From Lama guanicoe (Eukaryota), in the NCBI GenBank assembly GCA_013239625.1, contig MU054117.1:1858011-1922010 (forward strand): DNA of 64,000 nucleotides. Reading direction: 5' to 3'. The notes beneath the pieces are model-generated. The model had not been told where the DNA came from. It did no database searches and saw only the letters and a list, made by a program, of their open reading frames with translations. A program made the translations under genes and the position numbers. Below, in pieces: positions 12,033 to 24,830 of this stretch (position 1 is its first letter; each line of letters opens with the position of its first letter).

Positions 12033-12110
12033 GCGACTTCCACATGGTCAGTGCCCTCGCCATTCTGCTTGTGCAGCACCTCGAAGTAGTACCTGCGGGC
12101 GGCCGACAGT
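12032..12110 (-). CDS. B4GALNT3: B4GALNT3 exon 8 ([26 protein letters not shown]), PA14 domain
   Basis: Acceptor at 12112-12111; last base and donor fall in the N run, so the 79-nt length is inferred from phase. Confidence 0.9.
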
Positions 12111-12709
12111 CTGCGGGAGAGCAGGGGCGAGGCTGCCTTCATTACCGGGGCCCCATTCCCAGCACCACGCACTCCCGCCCCCCTCCCCCTGCCCGCGTCC
12201 TGGGCACCTGCCATCTGGTGTCCGGTCAGAATCCCCATTCAGCACTCACTGACAGGGCAGCCCCAGTTTTCCCTTCCTTGGGATGGGGATGGTACCAGCA
12301 CTAACTTCCCGGGATACTCCGGAGAGTCAGGTGAAATAACGGTCACTAACCCTCGAGAGCCGTTCCTCTGCGTAGGCTCTGCTCCGCGCGCTTTATACAC
12401 ACAGGCACACTTAATTCCTGTCTTACTACCATCAACTTCAACACCGTGACCATCAAGCCAAGATGTTCTCACAATTGTGCGTGCGTGTGTGTGTGCGTGC
12501 GCACGCAGGCCAGCAGGTGGTGCTCTGAGTATGGGCTGGTTTCCCATTCCAGCCCCTGTGGCCTCCCCTCCAGCCCAACAAGGGATCCCCGCCATGCATG
12601 GCTCTCTGCAGCACAGGCAGAGCAGCGGGGGTCTGGGCTGCGCAGCGGAGGACCTCTCCAGGGATGGAGGAAGCGGGCAGGCCAGGATGGGGAGGAGGGG
12701 GACCTATTC

Positions 12710-12810
12710 TGTTTTCTAGTCCTAAGTGTCACTGTATAGCTGTGTGGCCCTCATGGAGTCACAGCCCTCTCTGGGCTCCAGTTTCCTCACCTGTAAAGTG
12801 AGGACAGATG
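12710..12810 (+). mobile_element. MIR fragment
   Basis: tagctgtgtggcc...ctccagtttcctcacctgtaaagtgagg. Confidence 0.65.
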
Positions 12811-12959
12811 GGCCAGGCGGTGTCTACTCAAAGACTCCGTTTACCAGAACCCACGGGGCCCTCTGTGATGAGGGGGTGGGTGGCAGGGGCGCCGGGGCCC
12901 TGGCTCCAAGCTGGTCTCAGCTCCCGAGGGAGGCTGGGGTCATGCTGCTCCCTCCTTAC

Positions 12960-13027
12960 CTCACTGGCTTGGAAATTTGGCTCCGAAATTTCCCGAACTC
13001 TCCAGGGGCAGTCCACTCTTTTCCAGT
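12960..13027 (-). CDS. B4GALNT3: B4GALNT3 exon 7 (TGKEWTAPGEFGKFRSQISKPV), PA14 domain
   Basis: 68 nt, TAG acceptor, GTAAGG donor. Confidence 0.96.
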
Positions 13028-13277
13028 CTAGAGGTGTGGGGGAGGGGGAAGAGAAAGGAAGAGGAAAAGATAAAACACGGAGGGCGGGAGGCGGTGAGTG
13101 AGGAGACAAGGGCAGCCCCCTCCTTCGAAGGGCCCTCAGCACCAGGCCACGGACCAGGGCACCCAAGGCGGGCGTGGCCAGTCACGAGTCCTCCGGGGTC
13201 TGCTCCCGCCCACACCCTGTCTGTCCCTCTGCCACCCAGGGGAGAACGTGCTTCTCACCCCTCTTCCCCAGCTGTCA

Positions 13278-13529
<252 letters not shown>

Positions 13530-13828
13530 TCACGTCTCAGGGACTGACTTTCCTTCAGGGGCTTGGTGCTTTGACTTCCCTCTTTGCAGAGTGGGGGTCT
13601 CTACGCCCTGGAGACGGAGACTCACGGGGAGAGACAAGCTAGCTCCAGACTCTGCAGATCAGGGCACGGAGGCCTCCCCACGCCTGAACTCTCCTCTCTC
13701 CCGATGGTGGGTTAACAGGGCCCCGTCGGCCCAGTGCAGACCTATTTCTCAGCTCAGGTATGGTCGCTGGGCACCATAAGAACTCTGGGGCAGGAAGGAG
13801 AGGGGATGGACATGGGGGCTGTCCTCAC

Positions 13829-13919
13829 CGTCGGTGAAGGGGTGCAGGTAGCCAAAGATGCGGAGGCCATAATTGGTCCACTTGGGGGACACGGCCAGCT
13901 TCCTCAGGGTTGTGCGGAT
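13829..13919 (-). CDS. B4GALNT3: B4GALNT3 exon 5 ([30 protein letters not shown]), PA14 domain
   Basis: 91 nt, AG/GT flanks. Confidence 0.96.
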
Positions 13920-13949
13920 CTGTGGCAGGGAAGGAGACGGAAACTGTTA

Positions 13950-14639
<690 letters not shown>

Positions 14640-16224
14640 CTAGCCTTACTCGTGTTCAAACGTACACACATACACACACGCACCCACACACACTCTCAGC
14701 CCTTTTGGTGCAGGACGGGGGCTGGTCCGCACCCCCCCGGGCAAGGGGGAGTGAGAGCCATGACCTAGCAGCGGGGGTGACAGAGGGATGGAAGGAGGCG
14801 CCCGGCTGGGGTTTCAGCTGCACCTGATCTCCCCCCCCAACACCTAACAAGGGTGAGCAGCACAGGTGTCCACCCGTGGTGGTCGCCCCACCAGCTCCCT
14901 GCAGCTGGGAGAGCTAAAGGAGGCTGGGGGCCCACGGCAGAAGGGGCGCCCCAGAGCCTCTCGCTGACCAAGCCTCTCCTGGGATGACCACCAGGTACCT
15001 GTGGCTTCAGGGCAGCCCTGGGCAGGTCCCTCCCTCCCCTCCCGGCTGTGGTGCTGGTGGGCAGAGGCCCCCCTTGGAGGAAGGGCAGGGAGTGGGAGAG
15101 GGGAGGGAAGCTCAGGGTACTGCCCCGAACTGTCCTGACCAAGAGGTTCAGATTACTGCACCCCAGCTCTCCCCCACTCCTCCCTGGAGCTTAACCTTCA
15201 GGAGGTGGGAGGTGAGCCTCCATCCGGCTGCACAGACAGGCCCTGCCTGTCCCGCTCTGGGGCCCCCCAGATAGCAAAGTCTGAGCCTCCCTAGGAAGAC
15301 GGGAGGAAGGGACACTCAGGCTGGAAGCCTGGATAGAAAGTCTTCAGCAAGAGGTCTAGAGGGAGGGAGGTGGGGAGAGGAGAAGGTGCTGGGAGAGCTC
15401 CCCGACAGGAAGGCCCAGGTGAGACTGGCGGGGTGCCCCGGCCCCAGACGGAGAGCCTGTCATCCCTGTCCCTTCAGCAAAATGGCACTTCCTGGCACAC
15501 TGGCCTGTGGGGACTTGGGTCACGGCCATCATTCCCTGGAATATGAGTGGGGGCTGGGCTGGGTGGGAGAGAGAATGTGGGCTGGGTCTGTGGTGGGCAG
15601 CCTAAGGCTTCTTGGAAGGAAAGAATGGGGACATTGTGCCACTTCTGGGAAAATTCCTTAAGTCCCATTTACAAGACTCAGTTGTCTCCTCCACACGGCC
15701 TCCCCACTGCCGCTTCCCGGGAGACCTTCAGGTCCCTAGCAAACTGTGGGGGTGGGGGGACATGCCTCCAGAAGTCGGCTGTGTTCAGCCAGGAGGCCAG
15801 AGGCCCCAGGGGCTTGGGCAGGGGAAGGGGGGAAGGGGTCAGAAGCCCAGCCCGGGCGGTGAGCACGGCCCCTCCACCGCCCCTCGCTGCTGCTCAGTCA
15901 GATTCACGCTTGCGGGACCAGCGCGCCTGGCTGGACCACGTGAGCTCCACCCAGCAGGACCAAGAGGTCACTGGGTCCTGTGCAGTTTCTAGCCCTCGAG
16001 CGACTCTTGATTCCCTGCACACACCTGCCCTGAAGACAGCTCCCTGAAGACAAGAGGTGCCTCTGGATTTTGAGGCAAGGGGCAGAGCCCATCTGCTAAA
16101 ATCCTAATGGAAGAAACTATCCCCACTTGAACAGATGGCTCTCGGTGAACCGAGAAGCCACCTGCATCTCCCCCGGTGACCAGCGTGTGTGCTGACGGCA
16201 GCTCAGGGCTCTGGAAAAAGGGAA

Positions 16225-16690
16225 GTCTGATCCGCACAGAAACTCGGACACAGATGTTCACAGTGGCATTACTCCCAAGAGCCAAAGAGCAGAAACAACC
16301 CAAATACCCATCTACTGAGGACAAGAAACTGCAATCCAACCACAGGGTGGAATATTATTCAGCCGGAAAAAAGGAACGACGCTCTGATACACATGCAGGC
16401 GCAAAAGGCCACAGAGGGTACGATTCCCTTTATCTTAAGTGTCCAGAGCAGGCAAGGCTAGAGACACAGAGGTCAGTGATCGCCCAGGGCTGGGGGCTTC
16501 AGGTAGTGAGGGTGACAGCTAACAGGTCAGGGGTTTCTCTTTGTGACGACGAAAATGTACTGAAGGTGTACAAACATGTACTAATAGTGATGGATGCACA
16601 GCTCTACGAATCTATTAAAAGCTGTCAAGTTGTATACTTTAAATGGGTGGATTATATGGTATATGAACTATATCTCAATAAAACCGTTAG
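16225..16690 (+). mobile_element. L1MB-like 3' end
   Basis: gatgttcacagtggcatta...ggaatattattcagcc...tatatctcaataaaac. Confidence 0.8.
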
Positions 16691-17688
16691 TAAATTCTTG
16701 GGGGAGTGCCCTGCATGATAAACAGTGTTTGGGCAGTGGTGTGTACTGACTGGGAAGTGAATGGACAAGCACTGAGGTTTGTTAATTAGTGGGAGTTGCT
16801 AATCAGTGTCTTGTGATTTGGGCCGACAGGGATTAGCGTTTGAAGGCGGTGGTGACCCCATGAAGTCCAGCCCACCAGCCGTCCTCCACTCACAGTCTGA
16901 CACACACAGCAGAATGCCTGGGCCTGACCTGTGGCTTCCGAGGCCCAGAGCTGCCGGCCAAAGGCTGGGGCAGGGAGACGTCCAGGAAGAGGCCATCAGC
17001 TTTCTCATATTCCATCCACGCTCACCCTCGGGGCAGCTGCACCAGCCATGCCACCTTGGGGGTGAGCGAGTTAACCCCTCCCTGAGCCATCGCCTGGAAT
17101 GGGGCCCTGACAGCACAACCTGACAGCCCCTGACAGCTGGCAGATGCTGGATAAGTGACATATGTCATTAACCTGAGCATTTCCTGCTGAAACCACATGT
17201 CAAAGGGCAGGAGAGGGGAACAGAGAGGTCCCCACAATGGGCGGGAGGAGGTGGTACCACTGCGCAGCTGGTGCCTGCATGTGGGTTACTTAAGCTCTCA
17301 GTCTTCTCACCCTTGTTGTTAAAAGAAGATTGGATCTTCAGTGATGCTCTGAAGATCCATGGAGACTGTAATGAGGACATTGTGAGCTACTTTTAATATT
17401 AAGGGAACAAAGTCTGTGGATACCGGGCATTTGCCACCAAAAGTCTGAACACACTTACCAAAAGAGCAACTATTTCTTTGAAAAGTTAATCCTATTTTAA
17501 CCACTATTTGCTGTTTGGGTTCACGGTTTTCATTTCATATATGTATTTATCCTTGATTGGCCAAAAAAAGTGGAGAAATGAGTGATTAATAAATGCAAGA
17601 TATTACATAGTTATAACCTTTCAAAATAATTGGTTCATTAAGAAAAACGATCCAGACTGTCCTCAAAGGAAAGAAGGCTGGATCGCTG

Positions 17689-17844
17689 TGGGAGGGTGTA
17701 GCTCAGAGGTAGAGCACATGCTCAGCACACACGAGGTCCTGGGTTCAATCCCCAGTATCTCCATTAAAAATTCAAATAAATAAAATTCACAAACCTAGTT
17801 ACCTCCCCCTCCAAAAAGGAAATCAGCATTATTTAAAAAAAAAA
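17689..17844 (+). mobile_element. Camelid tRNA-derived SINE (Vic-1 type), full length with target-site duplication
   Basis: A box tagctcagagg, B box ggttcaatccc, poly(A); TSD aagaaggctggatc(g/a)ctg at 17671-17688 and 17845-17862. Confidence 0.92.
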
Positions 17845-18689
17845 AAGAAGGCTGGATCACTGGACTGATGGTTTTGAAATCACCTGCTTTTCGAAATGCT
17901 GTCTGCAGGTGGGGTGGGGCCTAATTACCTGATGGTGTCACTCTGTACAGGTGTGCAGTGTGATCCGCCCTCTCTCAGGGGTTACGCAGAGACAATTTCA
18001 CAAGGCGGGTAACCTAACGTGACACTTCGCACGAGACTGCCTCCTTCACTCCTGCCCCACAGCAAACGGGTGGGTTGGAAATCAGTGTGACAGGTGTGGA
18101 TGAAGACCGTGGGCTGGCCAGCACCACCCGGCCAAGAGAGGCTTGGACAAGTTGTACGACATGAAACCCAAAGTTAAAGTTTTCGCCCCTAGAGCACCAG
18201 GCTGCTATGGAGTCTCGGTGCGAGCACTTACTCGAGGTAATCTTGTGCGTGTTAATTCACCTCCCCAGCCACAGTATCTTCACTAAAAGAAAAAGAATCG
18301 GTCAAATCCTATGTAAATAAAAGGTATGACGATGCTTATAACAATGTTTATTCACACGTTTAACCACTTCCTATAAACATTGTCAGAAGCAGAGCTTCCT
18401 CGTGTATGTTCCTTAGAACCCTGGTTTCATAGAGTGTTAACAGATGTTTCACAGGAAAAAAGGCAGTTCAGGAAGCAGTTTGAGGCACGCCGAGCTAAAC
18501 CGAGCCAAACGGATCACCGCAGAACCAGAACCTCCCATGTGTACTTCCAAGCAGTGAATGGCCATAGATTTTAAACCCTACCTAACAATGGACTCCTTTC
18601 TGCCTGGAATATCTGACAGGACTGAACGGTCCGAGAAAGGCGGTTTGGGAAACTGAACTTTACGACTGGGGATTGGCATGGACATGAAA

Positions 18690-18825
18690 GTCCTGTAGCT
18701 TTCCTGAGCTTTGCTTTTCTCACCCATAAAATGGGGATACTGGGCCTTCCTGCAGGCTCATGAAGTGGGTTTGAGATGGTGCAGAACGCCTGGCACACAG
18801 TAGGCCCACAGCAAACATTAACTCT
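18690..18825 (+). mobile_element. MIR 3' fragment
   Basis: ttttctcacccataaaatgggga...gcctggcacacagtagg. Confidence 0.7.
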
Positions 18826-18938
18826 TCCCTAAACGAAGAAAATCCAGTGAGCCTCGAACCCTTTCCTTTCTTTTCTTTAACTTGGGTGAAAAAAATACTT
18901 TTTAAATATTTATTTGTTATCGTATTACTTTACTATCT

Positions 18939-19045
18939 GGGGAGGGGTAACTAGGTCCATTTATTTTTAGAGGCGGGGTTAGGGGTTGAACCCAGGGCTT
19001 GTCATGCTAAGCATGTGCTCTACCGCTTGAGCTAGAACCTCCCCC
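18939..19045 (-). mobile_element. Camelid tRNA-derived SINE (Vic-1 type)
   Basis: Reverse complement of ggggaggttctagctcaagcggtagagcacatgcttagcatg...ggttcaacccc. Confidence 0.88.
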
Positions 19046-19140
19046 TAAATTTGTAATAATAAGTGCCAGAAGGAGACTTTCTGTGGTCGCTGGAACTACC
19101 TGTACACAGTACTTCCTAACCCTTCGAAGAGCTGCCTCAC

Positions 19141-19218
19141 CTCGGAGAGCCAGGGGACCGGCTTATTCCACGTCAGGTAGCTGCTGCCACCGCTCCCGCC
19201 TCGCGCAGACTCTTGGTC
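19141..19218 (-). CDS. B4GALNT3: B4GALNT3 exon 3 ([26 protein letters not shown])
   Basis: 78 nt, acceptor ttttcctccAG, donor GAG|GTGAGG, phase 0/0; not shown in the ORF track. Confidence 0.94.
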
Positions 19219-19344
19219 CTGGAGGAAAAGCAGAGGAGGAACTTGGTGGGAGTGTCAGGGTGACAACAGGACTGGGGCTCCGTGAAAGTCCCTGTGGGTC
19301 AGGAGTCAGCCCTGCCATGTCAACTTAAGGGACACTCCATTTCT

Positions 19345-20197
19345 TCTTTTGTTTAAATTGACGTATAGTCGGTTTACAATGTTGTGTTAATTTCTGGTGT
19401 GCAGCGTGGTGATTCAATTACACATTCCTCTGCATATCCTTCTTCATTATAGGTTATTATAGGATATTGACTATAGTTCTCTGTGCTGTACAGCAGGACC
19501 TCGTTGATATATTTTACGTACAGTAGTTTGCACCTGCCAATCCCAAACTCCCAATTTATCCCTGCCTCGCCCCTTCCCCCACCCCAGGAACAGTAAGTTT
19601 GTTTTCTAGGTCTGTGAGTCCCTTTTTGTTTTGTAAACAAGCTCATTTGTATCATTTTTTAAGATTCCACATGTAAATGCTGTCATATGGTATTTGTCTT
19701 TCTCTGTCTGACTTCACTTAATATGATAATCTCTAGGTCTGTCCATGTTGTTGCAAATGGCATTATTTTATTCTTTTTTATTGCTGAGTAATACTCCACT
19801 GTGTGTGTGTGTGTGTGTGTGTTTTATATATATACACCTACCACAACTTCTTTATCCAGCCATCTGCTGGTGGACATTTAGGTTGCTTCCATGTCTTAGC
19901 TACTGTAAACAGTTCTGCTGTGAACATTGGGGAGCATGTGTCTTTTCAAATTATTAGAGTTTCTCCAGATATATGCCCAGGATTGGGATTGCTGGATCAT
20001 AGGGTAGCTCTATTGAGCATCCTTTCATGTGCCTCTTGGCCATCTTTGGAGAAATGTCTATTTAAGTCTTTTGCTCATTTTTTGATTGGGTTGTTTGGTT
20101 TCTGTTATTGAGTTATATCAGCTGTTTGCATATTCTGGAAATTAAGCCCTTGTCAGTCATATCATTTGCAGATATTTCCTCCAGGTCCACAGGTTGT
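19345..20197 (-). mobile_element. 5'-truncated cetartiodactyl-type L1 in intron 2, with internal deletion and (TG)n
   Basis: ttgacgtatagtcggtttacaatgttgtgtta... L1 tail; degenerate TSD ctta...ccatttct at 19324-19344 and 20198-20218. Confidence 0.88.
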
Positions 20198-21067
20198 CTT
20201 AGGGGCACCCCCATTTCTGATTCACACTATATCCCTCAGGAATATACCTCCTCACAGTTTCATCAATGCATACTCCTGAGATTCTCCTGCTTTCCTGAAT
20301 TTTCTCAGTCTTCTCATATGGAAATTCTTTTCTAATTGGACCAGGCTCTCCTGAGGGCAGGGACCTTGCCTCCTTCTTCCTCTGCATCCCCTCAAGGCTC
20401 TGCCCAGATTTGCCCCAGCAATTAGGGAGCCCCTTGGGGACACCCCAACTCTTCTCTTCGAGCAGGTGCACGGGTTCAGTTTGGTTCCTGGTCCAGCCTC
20501 AGGGATCCGGGTCTGTTCTTGGCTCAGAGGCTCAACCTTAGGGCTGCCAACTGAATTGGACCTCACGCTCCCTAATCCCCACCCAGGGCTGCTCCTGCCC
20601 TGCTTGGAACCATTAACCCAAGAAACTACAAGGAAAACGCTCCACTAAATCTGTCTCCCAGCTACCTGCCGGGAGAGGTGTCTACGCACCACATCATCTC
20701 TGACTCTTGGCAGCAAGCACCTGGGGTTGCCCCTCAAGTACCAGCCTAGTCCTCATGCCAGCAAGGGACAAGACGTGCTGGCCCTGCCTCCAGCCCTCTG
20801 CTGCTTTCAGGGATGGGGACCACGTGCCTGGAGTGGATCAGAGAGGGGCATCTTGAGCTACGTGACAAAGGCTTTGAGGAGGGCAGGATGGACATCTCTC
20901 CCCAAGAGGCTGGGAGAGCGGTGATGCCAGACTGCCCTCCATGGGCTCTCTGTGCCCTGCGTCTCCCACCAGGACAGTGGAAGGTGCCCTTAAGGCTCCT
21001 AGGGCAGGGCCAGCGAGGACCCCTGGTGATGCACAGCAGGGAGGCTTGGGCTGACCCTGCCACGTAC

Positions 21068-21171
21068 CTTGAGGCCCAGCTTCTGGGGAAGGAAGAACTG
21101 GAGATTTGGATCCACAGCCGGAATGTTCCTGCTGGCCAGAGCCTTGGCCAGTTCCCTCCAGCTGCCGTACC
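21068..21171 (-). CDS. B4GALNT3: B4GALNT3 exon 2 ([34 protein letters not shown])
   Basis: 104 nt, acceptor cttccacAG, donor AAG|GTACGT. Confidence 0.95.
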
Positions 21172-22119
21172 CTGTGGAAGGGGAAGAAGGGGAGGAACCA
21201 GGTCAACACAAGCTGAAGACCTCATCAGTCCATGCAGCCACAGAGGTAAGGGCCTTCCTCCCGCTGCTCCTCACCCTCCTCACGCGGTGGGCACGTGGGG
21301 GGGCTGGGGGCGCTGGGAGACAGTCACACCCTGGCCCAGGTCAACAGGGCAGAGAGAGGATGTGAGCTCATATCCCGTCAGGACTTGCTGTCTTTCCTAA
21401 ATCAAGGAAGGAGCCAGGCCAGGTGGAATGGAGCCCTGTCCTGCCACTGGTGACCAACGCTCCAGGCCACTTCTCCCCCCGCTGCCTCAAGGCCTGTTTC
21501 TCCCAAAAGCTGCTGTGGGGAACCAACCGGTCGTGCAAGGCGGTGGAGCTAAGTTTCCCCTCACAGCTTCCCTTCCTCCAAGCCAGGAGACAGCGGGGGG
21601 CCTGGCCGGGGAGGCCCTCCCACTGCCCACGGTTAGTCGCTGGGCTGCTGGACGGAACCAGGGCTGGGGCGGCAGGAAAGGGTGGGCCAGGACCTGGTGT
21701 TTGCCAATCAAATTTATAAACAGCAGGAGAGCACGCTCGAGGCCCCGCTCTTCCTGGGTCAACCTGCAGGCTGTGCACGGCGGCCGATGTCTGCACCCCG
21801 ACGGCTCACACACAACTGGGAAGGCCAACAGCCGAACCACGGTGGGAGAGAGGGGGGCACGTGTGCCATCAAAGCCACGCAAAGAGGCAAGGGGTGCGCT
21901 GAGGGGGAGGGAGAACCAGAGCTCGGTGGTCGGCACTGCTGACCACGGGGGCCAGGGCTGCCCTCAGGTCAGGGGGATGCTTTGACGTGTGGAACCAGAG
22001 GCCAGAATCATGGGCCGTCAGGAGCTGGGAGGGGGTTTCAGGACCATCTAGTCCTCACTGCAGATGAGGAAAACGGAACCCGGCTGGCCAGTGACTGATC
22101 CAGGCTCACTTAGCAAACA

Positions 22120-22870
22120 CAGTCGACCCCCTTGTCTGCTGGCACTGCATTCATGGCCCCCTGGGGATGCCTGAAACAGTGAGGGATTAACAACAACTAA
22201 AAATAAAACAGAACAATTGCAACAACATACCGCAATAGCAGTTTTGTGAATGAGTCTTCCTCAAAATATTTTAATGTACAAATCTAATGCCTTTTCCATC
22301 TTAACTGAGCACTTATCACACACCATGGCTGTAACTTTTGCAATTTGAGGAACAACAGCAAAACCAGCACGAATTTCTTTTCCCTTCTTCACAATTTCAC
22401 GAATAGAAGATTCATTCTTGCCATAGATCTTAGCAAGCTCCGCATACATTTTTTTTTTTGGTTTTCCTATTATGTTGAGAACTTTCACCTTTTCACTTTA
22501 AAAAAGTGCTCTGTGGCTTCTCCTTGGCGAATGTGAACAGCCAGCCTCACTGCTCTTGCGCTTTGGGGACAGTATTGTTTAAAATAAGGGTAACTTGAAC
22601 ACAGCGCTTGCGATGCCAGAATGGTCCCTCTCATAACTGAGATGGCTGCAAAGTGACCAACACTGAGACGTGCCAGACAAAGGGGTGCCAGACCCGCGTG
22701 TGACAGTGTGGGCTGGTGTGAGATTTCACTACGCTGATCAGAACAGCATGCAATTTAAAGCTTATGAATTGCTTATTTCTGAAATATTCCATTTTATATT
22801 TTTAGGCCGTGGTTGACCCTGGCTAATGGGAACCACAGAAAGAGAAACCACGAACAAGGCGGGATTCCTG
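22120..22870 (-). mobile_element. Tigger7/MER44-family DNA transposon derivative retaining the 5' part of the transposase (HTH region)
   Basis: Degenerate TIRs cagtcgaccccctt... and ...aaggcgggattcctg followed by TA; ORF 22261..22488 (YAELAKIYGKNESSIREIVKK) is pogo/Tigger-like. Confidence 0.85.
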
Positions 22871-23189
22871 TAGTGACAAGGCTGAGGCTGGAACCCAAGT
22901 GTCAGACCCACTGGGCTGCGAAGGTGCAGAAAACTCTGCGGCATCTTCATCACGATGCCCCCAGGAGTCTGCAGAGGGCACTGCACAGGAGTTAGACCCA
23001 CATTGCTGGCCACTGGGAGTGTCTGAGGACCCCCGCATGAGCACCAGTAGAGACACAGAGGAAAGAGCACAGCCCACAGGCACGGGCCACGGAAGGTGGA
23101 CGCCAGCACTTCACACGAGGGGGTGTGTGGGTGGCTTTTCTTACCCAGCGACGTCCCATGTGGCCCTTCAGAGCACCCCCAGGCATGAT

Positions 23190-23330
23190 CTCATCAGAGC
23201 CTTGCAGAATCTTGGGAGACGGGCCAGTCTGATTAGCCCCACTTTACAGATGGGAAAGAGGAGCCCAGAGCTGAAGACTGGTTTCAAAGCCAGGATCCGA
23301 ACAGGGAGCCTCTCTGTCTCGCAAGCCGGT
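23190..23330 (-). mobile_element. MIR fragment
   Basis: ccccactttacagatgggaaa...ggtttcaaagccagg. Confidence 0.6.
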
Positions 23331-24089
23331 TTCCTCATCCCACCTTCATTTTCTCCCATGGACGCTGTTCGGCGTGGACTTTGAGGAATCCTGGGGGCAG
23401 AGGCCTCCCCCGGAGATCTGTGCCTCTGGGTTTCTGTGCAGACATTCAACCCGGCTCGTGTTATGTTTAGAGGGACTTCTGCATCAAGGTCTCTCCTGTC
23501 TCCATGGCTCTGGCCGACGTGGCTGACGTCAGAAACAGGTCAGACCAGTTCAGGGCAGAGGGCCGTCCTGGGGAAGCGGGGTCCTGGGGCCAGTGGCTGA
23601 GGTGAGGATGGGGAATGAGGCAGAAGGAGAATCAGTGTTCCCAGACCAATTCCTAGGTTCCTGGACGAGCTCCAGGGGAAGCCGCCTGCTCCTCCGTGAA
23701 CCCAGCGCAGACACAGCCACGGGGCCCAGCCGCTCTCAAGCCCAGGGAGCTGCTGGTTAGCAGTGGGGGCGTGGGGGCCCGGGTGACAGGTGAGCCACAC
23801 TGTGGGAGGGGCAGGCAGGCACTGCCTTGCTTCTGCTACAGGTAAATTAACTGATACCAAACATGCCGACTGTCCTATCAGTGGGAGCTCTGGTGTGTCC
23901 CAGATGCACATTCTTCCCTGTGGACTAGTGGTCACTTCCAGCCAAATTCTTGGACTCCTGGAAGCCACAGCTCACCTCAACGAACTCTCACCATGGGTCA
24001 AATGCGTGCTGGTCCTGGCATCGGCTGGGAGGTGACAGGGGACTCTCACCTTCACCAAACTCTAGACAGGCTCCTTTGAGCCCTCTTTT

Positions 24090-24240
24090 ATTTTATTTTT
24101 ATTTTTCAATTTTGGGGGGGGGTGGAGGTAATTAAGTTAATTTATTTTTAAATTTATTCTAATGGAGGTCCTGGGGATTGAACCCAGGCACCCCTGCTTG
24201 CCAGGCACACTCTCTACCACTGAGCTACACCCCACCCCCC
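24090..24240 (-). mobile_element. Camelid tRNA-derived SINE (Vic-1 type) with TSD
   Basis: ggggattgaacccagg...ctctaccactgagctacacccc; TSD agccctctttt at 24079-24089 and 24241-24251. Confidence 0.92.
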
Positions 24241-24689
24241 AGCCCTCTTTTCGAGGAGGCCCTGTCCTTGGCCTGCCTGGAGCAGGGACCCTGTTAGGCC
24301 AGTCTAGCAAGAATCCCCCTACCCTGATGTCTCTTCTGGTAACTTTCCATCCGGCTGACCACCCCCTGCCGTCTGTGCTCTTTGGAACTGCGCTAGCTCC
24401 ATATTGAGGTCTCTTTCCCGCACTGCAGTTGCACTGAATTACATCTATTCCCTGTGACTTGTGTCTGGCTCTGTTTCTCTTTAAAAAACGGTAAGAGGTG
24501 GCTCCCCCAGCGAACAAGGACAAACCCACCGCGGGGAGCGGGCGTCAGCGGTTAAAGCTGACCAGGCCCTGCCCGGGCCCCAGGTGAGTCTGGGCAGCTT
24601 CGGAATACTTGGAGCAGGACAGCCCAGCCTCTAGCAACTCAAGGAGCAGGGAATGTCCTCTGCAGACTTCACGGGGTGGAAAAGACAAG

Positions 24690-24830
24690 CAAGGCTTTGG
24701 AGTCAGAAAGATCTACCTGGATCTCCATCTCATAAACAGTGACGGCGTGAGCAAGTAATTTAACCTCTTTGGCCCTGGTTTCTTCCTCCAGGTGGAGGGG
24801 GGTCAGGACTGTCATGAGGATTAAATGATG
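24690..24830 (+). mobile_element. MIR SINE
   Basis: ggctttggagtcaga...gagcaagtaatttaacctct...gaggattaaatga. Confidence 0.7.

Noticed and set aside
17689..17765. tRNA-like A/B-box sequences as tRNA genes
   Set aside because: They continue into SINE bodies with poly(A) tails and TSDs; they are tRNA-derived SINEs.
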